A stretch of 64,000 bases of DNA from assembly GCA_000004695.1 (NCBI GenBank), contig CM000153.2:3232001-3296000 (forward strand). Direction: 5' to 3'. Positions 25,355-38,784 of this stretch are shown here, piece after piece. Position 1 is the stretch's first letter. Each line of letters begins with the position of its first letter. The notes beneath the pieces are model-generated. The model made no database searches, was not told the origin of the DNA, and saw only the letters and a list, made by a program, of their open reading frames with translations. The translations under genes and the position numbers were made by a program. The DNA comes from Dictyostelium discoideum. Lineage: Eukaryota.

Positions 25355-26532
25355 TTAAATTTGCTTTGATTTTGATTTCAGATCTTTTAAATCATTTGTA
25401 TTTAAAATAAGATTTGATTTTACAAAATCAGAAGACCAAGAAAGTAATCCAAATACTACTAAAAATATTAAAGCTGAAGTAATAAATTTTGAATTGAAAA
25501 GATTTAATTCACTATCTTTGTTATTTTGTACTTGGATTGATGTTGGTTTCTCTGTAATTCTATATGAAATTTGTTTAGTTTTTGGTGTTTGTTTTTTTAC
25601 ATTATCGTTGTTATTATTATTATTATTATTATTTACAGTAGTTTCATCTTTTTCTACTTTTTCATCTTTTTGTTTTTCATTTACAATTGTTGAAGGAGTT
25701 AAATCAGCTCTCATTACAGAACCAAAAAAGTCTGTAACAGGAACTTGATCTAATGGTCTATTGAATAAATCTGTCCTATATTCACTATGTGATTGTAATT
25801 TTTGTGGACTATATGTATTGAACAATTGATATAATGTTACATTATGTGGGTCAACACTTTCAAAGAATTCCAATGTATAATATGTAAATCTATCAATAAC
25901 TGCAACCCCTAATTCTGGATCTGAATGATGCTATTTATAAATAAATATATATTAAATATCAACAATTAGTATTTTTTTATTTTATATAGATTTGATTTGA
26001 TTTGAAAAAAAAAAAAAAAAAAAAAAAACCAAATTAAATTTAACAAACTTACAGAATAACTATTTTCACCAAATTTACTTGAACCAATTGCTAAAATATT
26101 TGGAGAATTAAAACGAGTATATAATGTATTAGCTTGACAAGTATCAACCATGAATAAAATTTCATGATATCTTTTCTTTTCCCACATTTGTTTGAAAGCA
26201 TCAGCTAAATCATGACTTGAAATCTCTTCATTATCTTGAAATTTTAAAAATTCATCACCACCATGACCAGTTAAGAAAATTAAAATATTACTTTTATCAT
26301 CTGTCAATAATCTCTTTGAACGTGCTACCTCTGGTTCATGTCTACCAGTTAACACTCTAATGAAATTTTCAACATTAACTTCATATCCTCTATAGTCAAC
26401 TTCAATATTATCACCATATAAATTCAATTTATGATTTTCATTATTGAATATACTACCAGCATATGAATTTCTAGGATTACATGCCATATCATCTGCTAAC
26501 ATTAATATAACTATATATAAAATAAAATAAAA

Positions 26533-26564
<32 letters not shown>

Positions 26565-26935
26565 AATAAATTGTTATATATTTATTAATATGTGAATATA
26601 TTTGTTTATGTATTGTTGTTATACATACTTTGTGAATCAGGTATACCTAATTTCTTAACAGTTCTATAAAAACCTAATACATTTGCTATATGTCTATAGT
26701 TAAACCAAAATCTTGATGTGCAAACTAAAAGTGCCCAATTATTTGTATGTTCACCTCTGAAAAAATGTTCAACATTATAATCCGCTTTACCATTACCACC
26801 ATTATAAAAGTTTGTTTTTGGTTGTTCATATCCCATCGCCCCACCATTTGAAATTGCATCTTCAATACCACCTATATATAAAACTAATATTGCATATAAA
26901 AATACAAGATAAAATCTAAATGTCGTTTTTTTCAT
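25355..26935 (-). CDS. pigK: GPI-anchor transamidase catalytic subunit (PIGK/GPI8, C13 cysteine peptidase). Exons 26935..26629, 26510..26053, 25930..25355.
   Basis: An N-terminal signal sequence, then [40 protein letters not shown]|[55 protein letters not shown]|[22 protein letters not shown]... This is collinear with human PIGK and includes the catalytic His and Cys. Donors are GTATGT and GTAAGT. Acceptors are atatatag and ttataaatag. A C-terminal TM is present. Confidence 0.85.
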
Positions 26936-27250
26936 CTTTTATTTCTTTATTGTTGTGTGTATATATATAAATAAAAATAAATTAAAATTAAATTAAAAAA
27001 TGAAAAAATAAAAAAAATAAAAAAATTCATTTTTTCAATATTTTTTTTTTTTTTATTTTCAAAAAAAAAGAATTAAAATTAAAAAAAAAAAAAAAAAAAA
27101 AGAAAAAAAGGAAACATATAGTCCTTGGAAAATAAAAATAAAAACTAAAAAAAGAAAAAAATTAAAATTTTATATCTTTTTTAAATAAAAGAAGTTTTTT
27201 ATTTATTTATTACATATTAATGTTACCATATTTTCTTGGTGTTGGCAAAA

Positions 27251-27286
<36 letters not shown>

Positions 27287-27647
27287 GAAAACTTTTTTGT
27301 TTTTTTTTTGTAATAAAAAAAGAAGATGGAAGGAGTTGGAAAACATTATATTGATATAATAAAATAAAAAAAAATAATAAACCATTATAACTAAAATTTT
27401 TTGTTACAATGAGCAATAGTGTAATTTAATACAATATCGCTATTATTTGTGATAAGTAACTAATCACTAAATTATAATATCAGTGTAATATTATTGATCT
27501 TTTTTTTTTTTTTTCAATATCTTTTAAATACACTTGAAATTTTTGTTTGTTTTTTTTTTTTTTCCTTTTTTTCCTATTTTTTTTTTTTTTTTTTTTGTTT
27601 TTTGCTTTTTTTTGATAAATATTTACACGAATTTTAAAATACAAATT

Positions 27648-29800
27648 TTAACCATCAATATAATGAAATTCTTCAGCCCCACCACCTTGTTTTTGTAAAT
27701 TTAAAGTTGAAAATGATAAAGTTAATAAACCTAAATTATTTGTACTTCCATTATTAAGAGTATTATTATTATTATTAAAATTATTTGAAACACTATTATC
27801 ACTAATACATTTTAAAGGAGGTACATATGTATTTGAAATTGGAACATTTGCTTCTAAGAAATCTAAAATAAAACTAAAGGAAGGTCTTTCTTCAGGTGAT
27901 TTTTTCCAACACATTTCAATTAATTTTCCAAGATTTTCCCACATTGGATCCATTGGTTGAGGCATTGGTGGTCTATAATTTTCATAAGCTGCCAAATGAG
28001 CCATTTTCAAAGGTTGTAAATTTTGATTTGGTTGTTCACCAGTTATAATACACCAAACCAATAAACCAAATGAATAGACATCAGCCTTTGGTGTATAAAG
28101 TTCACCAATGAATACTTCTGGTGCTTGATAGCAAAGATGACCAACGGTTGAAGTCATTTCAAAGCCTTGCTCCTTACTCAAGCCAAAATCAGCCACTTTT
28201 GCAATGGTTAAACTTTCATCCAATAAGATATTCTTTGTTGATAAATCTCTATGAAGTATTGGATTTGGTTTCCAATCATGTAGATAAAACATGCCACGTG
28301 CTATTGAGATTGCCATATTCCAAGCCAATATTGGATTTTGTTTAATTAAAAAGTAACGATCAGTCAATAACCTATCCAAACTACCACCACCCATATACTC
28401 TGTAACTATACCATTCAAATTGGTTTCACTACAAACACCCAAGAATTGAAGTACATTTGGGTGTCTTAGAATACTTAGAATTGCGACTTCCTTTAGGAAC
28501 ACATTCTCCTCTTTATTTCCATCAGTATTTCTAAATGAATTTCTATGTAAAATTTTCACTGCAACCACAGCACCCTTCCAAACAGCCTTTCTAACCTCTC
28601 CAAAATAACCCTCACCTATGACTTGACCAAATTTAAACTCGTTGAATCTAATGTAAAATGCTGACAATTGCAATGCTGTAGTTGCACCCTCACCACTTGT
28701 ACTAATTGATTCTCTACCAAATAAACTTGTATACTCTTGGAAATTAGTTAACAATGGTAAAAACTCACCTCTTGCTCTTAACAAATTTGTATCGTTACCA
28801 CAAGTTCTAAATAACAATGGTCCATATGAGAATGAATAAATAATTGCAGCAATACCTAAAAAACAATAACCAGCATCAACATCCAATATATTCAATAATG
28901 CACCAACTGATGAAATACAATTATATCCCATCAAAAACAATAACCATATTCTACCTGTTGGTCTTAAAAATGATCTCTTTATTGTCATACCTAAAACTAT
29001 CGTATAAACTACCAATGATGCAACTGTAATCGCTAATGATGTATATTCATCTTGAAACATAAATGTTTGACAATCATTTTTTTTACACATTGTTTGATCA
29101 TCAAAAAATGATGCCAACTAAAATAATAAATTTATATTAATATTTATTTTATAATTAATAAATATATTATAATATATGTATATATACAACTTACAGTAGT
29201 ACAACAAATAATTAAATATAATAAAGTACAAGAATAAAATGAACGTCTTGCAGAGAATCTATCATCTTCTTTACCATATAGGAAAACTAATACCCAATTA
29301 TCAGTGACAATATGACCTGTACCAACGATAATTACGAATGCTGGATATGCTAAAGAATTTGGTGGTAAAAATAATAGTAATAAACCTTCGAATGCTAACC
29401 ATAAACTAACGAATAATGTATACTTGAAATAAGTTGAATTTATAATTCTTGGATGATCAATTGATATACCGAAATTCTTATCCCATAGTGTATCTTGTGA
29501 TATTTTTACACCACTTCTATTTAACCCATTTGAACTATTAATTGATATAATGTCATTATTCGATGAACCATTCCCATTTCCATTACCATTATTATTATTG
29601 CTACTCTTTTGTAAATATGTATAACTACGTTGAAGTCGGAATAAAAGATAAAGTGCTGAAAATATATATCCTAATGCCATAGAATCAACCATTGTGTTAA
29701 ACATAATTGCACCATCTCCTTCACCTGCTAATGGTATTGATCGATTGAATAAATATGTACAAAACCCACATTGATTAATTGAAACACATGATGTGTCCAT
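27648..29800 (-). CDS. Multi-pass (about 7 TM) membrane domain fused to a C-terminal TKL-type protein kinase. Exons 29800..29195 and 29117..27648.
   Basis: Exon 1 starts at ATG 29800 and encodes 4 hydrophobic helices. It ends at ..LIICCTT|GTAAGT. The tattattttag acceptor opens exon 2 at 29117, which the ORF track shows as a TTG 'M'. Exon 2 encodes 3 more TM helices and then a complete kinase domain: GEGYFGEVRKAVWKGAVVAVK (GxGxxG and the VAVK lysine), HRDLSTKNILLD, DFGLSK, APE and the C-lobe. The phase-0 junction is consistent. Confidence 0.75.
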
Positions 29801-30045
29801 CTTTGTTTGATTTTGTTTTTGTTTTCGTTTTTTTTTTTTTTGTTTTTCTTTTTTTCTTTTTTCTGTTTTGTATTTGTTTAATTTTTTTTTTTTTTTTTTT
29901 TTTTATACTGGGGGTTTTTAAAAAAAAAAATAAAGAAAAAGTGGGGAATAAAAAAAAAAAAAAATAAATAAAATAAAAAAAAACTTAAAATAAAAAAGGT
30001 GTTTTAATTTATTTTATTTTATTTTGATTATCTATTTTTTTATTA

Positions 30046-30081
<36 letters not shown>

Positions 30082-30128
30082 TATTATTGTTAATTATAAA
30101 TTTAATTTGATTATTTTTGTTATTATAA

Positions 30129-30203
<75 letters not shown>

Positions 30204-30922
30204 GTTATTATTAATTTGGTTTTACAATTATTGTTAATATATTATTATTATTATAATTATTAATTAAGTTACTTGTCACTCAAACCGCTTTGAGGTTTTT
30301 TTTTTTTATTATTTTTTTTTTTTTTTTTTTTTTTTTTTGAATTTTTGGTTTTGAATTTTGAGTTGAAAAGGGTTCCAACTTATTTTTTTTTTTTTTTTTT
30401 TTTTTTTTTTATTTTTATTTTTTTTTTTTTTTTTATTTATTTATTTTTGTTTTGTTTTTCTTTTTTTTTTTTTTTTTTTTTTCAAACATTAAATGAGTTT
30501 GGATTTAAATTATTTGTTTATTTTTTTAATTTAAATTTTATTTTTTTTAAAAAAAAAAAATTTCTAATAACCAGAGAAATTATAATTTAGTTTTGAAGAT
30601 TTAATCAAAAGGAAAAAAAAAAAAATAAAAAATAAAAAAACAGGTGAACGAAACTGGTGCCAAAAAAAAAAAATTTTTTTTAATTTTTATTTTTTTAATT
30701 GTTTATTTTTTTTGCCCATCTGGCATTACCCACTATTTTTACAAATAATTTAATATTGACTCAAAATGGAAATGATCTTTTTTTTTTTTTTTTTTTTTTT
30801 TAAAATTATTCTATTTTTATTTTTTATTTTTTTTTTTTTAAAATTATTCTATTTTTATTTTTTTATTTTTTTTTTTTGGATTTTTTATTTTTAAGTTTTT
30901 TTTTTTTTTTTTTTTTTTTTGG

Positions 30923-30961
<39 letters not shown>

Positions 30962-31031
30962 TTATTATTGTTATTATTAATTGAATTGAATTGAATTGAA
31001 TTAAATTAAATTAAATAAATATTTAAATATT

Positions 31032-33230
31032 TTATCTGAAATCATTTGTACCACCACTACGTTTACCAGAGAATAAATGTTTTGGCATGAGATTGTAAAC
31101 GTGACGATCGGATTCACCTTTTCTACCATCTTGATTTCTCTTCTTACGAGAACGTTTATCGAGTTTATCAGCTTTTTCTTTTTGAGCCAAATCATGGAAA
31201 CCTTCACCTGGAGCAGGAGAAGCGATTCTGGTGGTAGAACGTTGACGTGATTTTGAACGATTGAGAGAGAGACCTCTTTCTTCAGAGGTTGGAGCTTGAG
31301 AGTCTGAACGTGAGGCTGAACGAGAACGTTTCTTACCAGAGATACGAGACTTGGAATGATCACGTACACTTTGGATGATATCACCGATTTCATCATCTTC
31401 ATGATGCATAGATTTCAAATGAGAAGCCATCTCTTTAGTATCGATACCTCTACGACCTTTGGATAATTGTGGTTTTGAAGAGTCTTTAATTTGATGATTG
31501 ATACGAAGTTCGTGTTTCTTCTCTTGGATTTCGTCATAGAGTGCTTCGTTCTCTTCATCGAGATCAGATTCTTCATCGTCTTCGGCATTCTTTAACTCTT
31601 CGAGGAAAGCTTCTTCTTCCATCTCCAATTCCTCCAAACGTTTGAGGATATCAGGATCGACGAAATCAGCAATGTTTTGACCATTGATAATCTCTGGTAC
31701 GATATCGAATTTCCATTCATCATTCTTGAGGAGATATTTCTTCTTCCAAGCGTTGACATCATAGATTGGAATGATACCTTGGGCGTATTTCTCGTCGTTT
31801 TCATGTTCTTCAATCATTTCCATCATTGCAGCTGTGAGTGTTGGTTTCTTGTAATCGGATTCCTCGTCCATATCAGCTTGACGAGCTGCAGCAATTACAG
31901 ATTCTGGAATACATGGTGCACGTACTTTCTTATCTCTTGCTTGTGGTTGAGCTAAATGAAGTCTATGAATCTCCTTTTCAATACGAGTTGATTTCAATTT
32001 CTTCTCAACTCTCTCTTCGAAAAGTATAGAACATGCTGTATCCTTTACCTTTGCAATACCCTCCTCTGTTAAATTTGACATTGGTATTAAATGTGTACCA
32101 CCAATACCACCTCTTGCTGGATCTGCTAATGATTGAATTAATTTCCAATCATCTTCTGGTACATCTTCTGGTCTTCTTGCATCAATTTTATTTAATACAA
32201 CTAATAATGGTTTATTTAAAAATAATGCTTTAATACTAAAGAATAAATCAACCTTTAAATAAAAAAATAAAAATATATTAATATATTAATTATTAATTAT
32301 TATTATTATTAAATAATTATTTAATTAATTAAAAATACTTTACTTGTTGTTTAATTGTATAACCACAACGTTCAGAAATATCAATTAAAAATAAAACACA
32401 GGAATGTAAATGAGCTAAAGCAGTGATAGATTGCATTTCAATTGTATTACGTTCATCTAATGGATGATCTAAAATACCTGGAGTATCGATAACTTGCCAT
32501 GTGTTATATTTAAAATCGGTATGACCAACGAATAATGATTTAGTGGTGAAAGCGTATGGTTGTACATCAACGTTGGCACGTGTTAATTTGTTCATAAATG
32601 ATGATTTACCAACGTTTGGATAACCAGTCAATAATAAGGTACGTGTATTTGGGTCAATTGATGGTAAACGAGCTAAATGTTGTCTAACTTGTTCCAAATA
32701 TTGTAAAGATGGTCCTTGTTTTAACATTAATGTACACATTCTACCTAATGAAGCTCTCTTCAATTGTTTACAACGGTATAATGAATCACCATATTTCAAT
32801 AATCTTAAATAATCTTTTGATAAATTATCAATTAAATTTCTTGCTGTATTTAATTGACCTAATGCCAATTTGTAATGATCTTTATCATATAATACATTTA
32901 TAAGATCTGCATAAAATGGATGAATATCCTATAAAAAAAAAATATTAATATTTTTTTTTTTTTTTTTTTTTTTTTATTTTTTTTTTTTTTTTATTTAAAA
33001 AATATACATACATCTAATAATGGGAAATCACCAATAATTTGAGTTAATTTTTCATGATAACTTTGTGCTGTATATTTAACTTTTCTCATATAAAAGGTAC
33101 GAATACGACCAATTGCATATTGTTTATGGATTTCAGTTGGAGTTTTTCTTTGAGTTTTTGATAAAACGATATCAATGAAATCTTTTGATGTTGGTACAAC
33201 TTGAATCTTTTTGAAATTATAAAGAACCAT
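31032..33230 (-). CDS. nog1: Nucleolar GTP-binding protein 1 (NOG1/GTPBP4). Exons 33230..33012, 32928..32344, 32252..31032.
   Basis: [43 protein letters not shown]|[77 protein letters not shown]|[26 protein letters not shown]... This is collinear with human GTPBP4, including the G1-G4 motifs. Donors are GTATGT and GTAAAG. Acceptors are ttttatag and tttaaag. The basic/acidic C-terminal tail ends at 31032. Confidence 0.9.
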
Positions 33231-33642
33231 TTTTTATTTTTTTTTTTTTAATTTATAAATTTGTGTGTGTAGGGTGTTTTTGGTTGTTGGTTTTTTATTA
33301 CTTTTTTTTTTTTTTTTGAGAAATCAATTCCAAGTGATGAAATAGTTAACAGGTAGTTATTGATTGTTGTTTTTTTTTTTTTGGTTTTTGAAAAAATTAA
33401 AAGAATAAAAAGATTTATATATATATATTATGAAAATTATATAATAATACGATCGTTTTTATCTAATATTTGTTTAAAAAAAAAAAAAGAGAAAAAAAAA
33501 AAATTTGTAAAAAAAAAAGAACGAGCGAGGAAAAAAAAAAATTAAATAAAAAATAAATCAAAAAAAAATAAATTTTTACGTTTTTTTTCTTTTTTTTTTT
33601 TATTTTTATTTTTATTTTTTTTTTTTATTTATTTTTATTTTT

Positions 33643-33797
33643 GGAAAAGCGATCAATATACTATTATTATTATTATTATTATTATTTCATTAATGGTGGC
33701 CAATCATCAATTTTATTTTTGGAAAAGCGATCAATATAATAATAATAATATTATTATTATTTTATAAATGGTGGCCAATCATCAATTTTATTTTTTA
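33643..33797. repeat. Two tandem copies of a 78-bp unit: GGAAAAGCGATCAATATA-(AAT/ATT)n-TTT(C/T)AT(T/A)AATGGTGGCCAATCATCAATTTTATTTTT.
   Basis: Direct reading: 33643-33720 and 33721-33797 are about 90% identical. They contain GC-bearing motifs (GCGATCAAT, ATGGTGGCCAATCATC) that are absent from the surrounding A/T sequence. The repeat lies about 670 bp upstream of the amidohydrolase gene and about 420 bp upstream of nog1 on the other strand. Confidence 0.7.
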
Positions 33798-34433
33798 TGT
33801 GGAGAAAAAAAAAAAAAATAATAATAATAAATAAAATAACCAATTTTATTTTTGGAAATAAAATGATTTTAATTTATTTCCACAAATAAAATTAATCAAA
33901 AAAAAAAAAATAATAATAATAAATAAATAAAAAATAATAAAATAAATATTAATAATTAAGTGATGTTTCTATTTTTTTTATTTTTTATTTTTTATTTATT
34001 TTTTATTTTTATTTTTTTTTTTTTCTTTTAAAATAATTAAGGGTCCATAGAAAATAAAAAATAATATTAAAAAAAAAAAAAAAAAGATGTGACCAACTGA
34101 ACAGCTCTGCATAAATTTACTTTTCACCACTTTAATGCTAGAATTTTTATATTCGGACACAAAAATTCCAAACCTTTAATTTAATTGGAAAAGTAAAAAA
34201 AAGAATATGTTTTTGCTAAGCAAATTGTCACGTTTTGTTCTCAAGATATTTATTGGATTCGTTTTTTAATTTTATTTTATTTTTTTTTTTTATTTTTATT
34301 TTTTTTTTTTATTTTTTTTTTCGTTTTTCAGATTTTTTTATTTTTTTTTAATTTTATTTTATTTTATTTTTTTTTTTATTTAAATAACAGTTTTTAATTT
34401 TTTTTATTTGTTTGCTTGTTAATTTTTTATTAT

Positions 34434-34467
<34 letters not shown>

Positions 34468-34470
<3 letters not shown>

Positions 34471-35151
34471 ATAATGAATGAAATATCATCAAAAGAAGTT
34501 TCAAGTGTAAATAAAACCATGCAAGATGCAGATTATGCAGTAGTTGCCAAATGGATTATACCAGTGGTGCCAGAGAATACAGTTTATGAAAATCATTGTT
34601 TAGTAGTTAAGGATGAAAAGATATTGGATATTATTAGATTCAGTGATTTAGAGCAAAGATATAATGTGAAGAATGTAATAGATTTAAAAGAGATGAATTC
34701 CGACACAAGTTCATCAATAAGTTCAACCTCTGAATATATATTAGCACCTGGTTTCATCAATATGCATACTCACAGTGCCATGTCATTATTGAGGGGTTAC
34801 GCTGACGACGTTTCATTACATGATTGGTTAACAAAATTCATTTGGCCTGCTGAAGCACAACATGTTGGTGAAGAATTTGTTAAAGTTGGTACGGAATTAG
34901 CATGTTTAGAAATGATTAAAACCGGTACCACCTGTTGTAATGATATGTACTATTATCCAGAAGTCTCTGCTCAAGTCGTTGAACAATTTGGTATGAGAGC
35001 TACATTAGCCGCTCCAATCATTAAATTCCCAACAGTTTATGCTCAATCAGAACAAGAATACATTGAAAAAGGTATTCAATTAATTGAAAAATATAAAGAT
35101 CATTCTAAAATTAAAATTTCATTAGGTCCACATGCTGTTTATACAAGTAAT

Positions 35152-35183
<32 letters not shown>

Positions 35184-36010
35184 ATAATATATATATATTT
35201 TTAAAAGTATTAATACTTTTATAATTTAAAATTTATATAGTTACAGATGAAGCATATTTAAAAGTTAAAGAATTATCAGAAAAATATGGAGTTAAAATTC
35301 ATACACATTTACATGAAACTACTCATGAAGTTTCAGAAGAGGTTAAGGTTAGTGGTAAGAGACCAATTGAGAGATTGAGAGATTTGGGAGTATTATCATC
35401 ATCATTGATTGCAGCTCATATGACACAATTAACAAGTGAAGATTTAGATTTGACAGCAAAGAGTGGTATTAATGTTGTACATTGTCCAGAATCAAATTTA
35501 AAGTTGGGTGTTAAAGGTATTTCACCAGTTCATAAACTTTTAAAACAAGGTGTAAACGTTTCAGTTGGTACTGATTCTGCCGCTAGTAATGATGATTTAG
35601 ATATGTTGGGTGAATTACGTACTGCAGCTTACATTGATAAACTCTCTGCAAATACTCATTCAATTGAAGGTGGTGAACCTGTAACACCATCATATAAGAT
35701 TTTGTCAATGGCAACTATTAACGGTGCAAAGGCATTGGGTATCGATGATAAAGTTGGTTCACTTCAAATTGGTAAATTTGCAGATTTCATCGCTGTCAAA
35801 GTTTCAAGTCATCCAGTCTATGATCCAATCTCTCATTTAGTTTATGTTGGTACTAATCATGTCACTGATGTTTGGGTTGCTGGTAAACAATTATTAAGAA
35901 ATTCAAAATTAACAACTGTAAATGAAAATCAAGTTAAATCAAGAGTATTAGAATTCTCACAAAAAATTCATGCTTCTCGTCCAAAAACAAGTTTAACTGT
36001 TATCTCTTAA
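34468..36010 (+). CDS. Metal-dependent amidohydrolase of the ATZ/TRZ family, resembling 5-methylthioadenosine/S-adenosylhomocysteine deaminase. Exons 34468..35146 and 35241..36010.
   Basis: ..ILAPGFINMHTHSAMSLLRGYADDVSLHDWLTKFIWPAEAQ.. carries the HxH metal ligands. It continues ..LACLEMIKTGTTCCNDMYYY..GPHAVYT|ITDEAYLKVKELSEKYGVKIHTHLHETTHEV..HCPESNLKLG..VSVGTDSAASNDDLDML.., collinear with MtaD/SsnA-type deaminases. The intron has a ACAA|GTAATT donor and a tttatatag acceptor. The exon-2 'M' in the ORF track is a TTG codon. Confidence 0.75.
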
Positions 36011-36239
36011 AAAAAAAAAAAAAAAAAAAAAATATAAAAAATAAAAATAAAAAAATAATAATAATAAAAATAAAAATAATAAAAAAAAAAAAATACAAAA
36101 TACAAAAATACAAACACATTTAGTTTTTTTTTTAATTTATTTTTAAATAATTAAAGGATTTTTATTTTAGATGATAAATTAATTTATTTATCTACTATTA
36201 AAAAATATGAATATTAATAATTAATTACAAATTTACTAT

Positions 36240-36279
<40 letters not shown>

Positions 36280-36346
36280 TTTAATAAATTAGATGTTTAT
36301 TATCACCATCGATTTATTAATATATTTTTATTTTTATATTAAATTT

Positions 36347-36393
<47 letters not shown>

Positions 36394-36956
36394 AATGTTT
36401 TTTTTTTTTTTTTTCTAAACTATCAAAAATTATCATCGTCATCTTAATCTTATACATCATGAAGATGGTATATCGCAATATGAAAATTAAAAAAATAAAC
36501 AAGTATATAAAAAAAAAAAAAAAGTTTATGAAAAAAAGAAAAAAGAGCACCACTAAAAAAACTTTACTAACAATAAAAATTTATTTATTGTTATTAATTT
36601 CAATTGTATTATCTGAGTATTTTTATCCTCATTTAGCCAATAAAAAATGGAAAGTTTTTTTTTTTTTTTTTTTTTAATTAAACAATTGAAAAAAATTAGT
36701 GCATTTGCATGTGAATTTTTTATTATTAAATTATTTTTTTGTTTTTTTAATATAATTTTATCATCTTTTCTTTTTTTTTTTTTTTTTTTGTAAAAAAATT
36801 AGTAAATATATATTGTAAATACAAATTTGTATTCTTTTATAACTCATGACAGAACTTCAGTCAATGTTTTTATTCAATATCAGATGACATTGGATTATGG
36901 GATTTTTTGATTTGTTAGTTAACAAATTGTTAAATTAATCAATTTTGTTAATGGGT

Positions 36957-36999
<43 letters not shown>

Positions 37000-37225
37000 T
37001 TGTTTCAAAAAAAAAGGTATAAATAAAAACCTTTTCTTTTATTTATTTATTTATTTATTTATTTTAAATTTTTTTTAATCTTTATTTTTAATTTCAATTA
37101 CTTTTTTTTTTTTTTTTTTTAATATTAAAATAAATAATTATTATTTGAAACTGATAGGAGCTTTCTCCACCCCTTTATATTTTTCAATTAAAAACACAAT
37201 GGTGATTGGAGATAAATATTGATAA

Positions 37226-37257
<32 letters not shown>

Positions 37258-37899
37258 TAAAATAAGATAATAAAAAAAAAAAAAAAAAAGAAAAAGTTTA
37301 ATATGTGGTTTTTTAATTGTTAATGATTTTTTATTTTGATACGATTTTATCGATGATACAAAAAACAAATTATAGATTTTGATTGGTAAAAATATTATTG
37401 TTGTTAATAATGTTGTCATTTTTGTTGTTGTTTAAGGTTTTTATATAAAAATTTGTTCATATTTCTGTAATTTGGATTTTAAAAAATAATGTATACAAGA
37501 AAGTTTATCAAATACCACCTTTTACCCACAGCTTTTATTAAAATGAGTTATTGTTATTTTCAAATAAAAAATTTATACAATTCAATAAAAAATACTATTT
37601 TAATATGAATTTATCCCTTAGTTTTTATCATTTTATCATTTTTTTTTTTTTTTTTTTTTTTTTATACATTTTATAAAATTTTTAATTTATTTCTTTCAAA
37701 TTTCTTTGTTTTTATGATTTTGAAATATAAAAGGTACATAATATATATATATAAAAAAAAAAACAATTTTATTATATTAAAATTCTCTTCTTTTTTTGGT
37801 GGTGGGTAAAAGTAAATTTTTTTTGTTTTTCTTTCTTTGTTTTCTTTATTTTTATTTTATTATTTTTTTTTTTTAATTTGAAATGGGGTATAAACCACT

Positions 37900-38340
37900 A
37901 ATTGAAAGATAACAACCCACTCACTCACACTTCACAATTCCAAAAACACACACATACTATTCCCACCAACAAAACCACTCTCTCTCTCTATAATGATATC
38001 TGTACAAATACACTCTGGGAGTAGTAGTTAAGATATTACTAATAAATAGATACATTGTATATAATGAGATAGAGTTAAATGAATGGTTTATATAACAATA
38101 AATCAAAATAAATAAAGAAACAAAAATAAAAGAAAAAAAAAAAAAAAAAAAAAGGAAAATACATACACATACACACACATACACACACACATATTATATT
38201 AAACACAATCAATAAGGTTGGTATAAAAATTTTAAAATAAAGTAACCACTACAACAACAATAACTATTACTACTAAAACCTCATAATATTTTTATAAAAA
38301 CACACTAAACAAACAACACACCAACACACCTTTTAACTTT
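37900..38340. repeat. C/A-rich low-complexity island with (CA)n/(ACACAT)n and CTCT runs inside a 3.8-kb gene-poor region.
   Basis: ..cccactcactcacacttcacaattccaaaaacacacacatactattcccaccaacaaaaccactctctctctc.. and ..catacacatacacacacatacacacacacat.. show strong strand asymmetry, C/A on the plus strand. This is unlike the rest of the window. Confidence 0.6.
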
Positions 38341-38469
38341 ATGTTTCATTATATCATTATCATTATTAAAATTAAATTACTTTCCTTTTTTATTATTTGT
38401 AGTTGGAAAAAGATTTTTTTAATTTTTTATTTTTTTAATAATTTGGATATCCAAAGATTATATAAATTA

Positions 38470-38509
<40 letters not shown>

Positions 38510-38784
38510 ATACTTTTCAAACAAAAAATAATAAAATAAATAAATAAAAAAAAATAATTATATAATTATAATAATTAAAATTATAAAATAATTTATAATT
38601 ATTATTTTTAAATTTTTTAAAAAAATAAATAAATATATATATATGTGTACAATAGTAAAAAAAAAAAAAAAAAATTTAATTAATATATTCATTTAAAATA
38701 AATTCAAAAAATAATTAAACGCAAGAAATCGTGTACTCTCTCCTGAACCTATAAATCTTTTTTTAAAAAAATAAATATATAAAA

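Noticed and set aside
31592-32029. Small ORFs on both strands inside nog1 exon 3
   Set aside because: They are out of frame with, or antisense to, the NOG1 coding sequence, which aligns to human GTPBP4 throughout.
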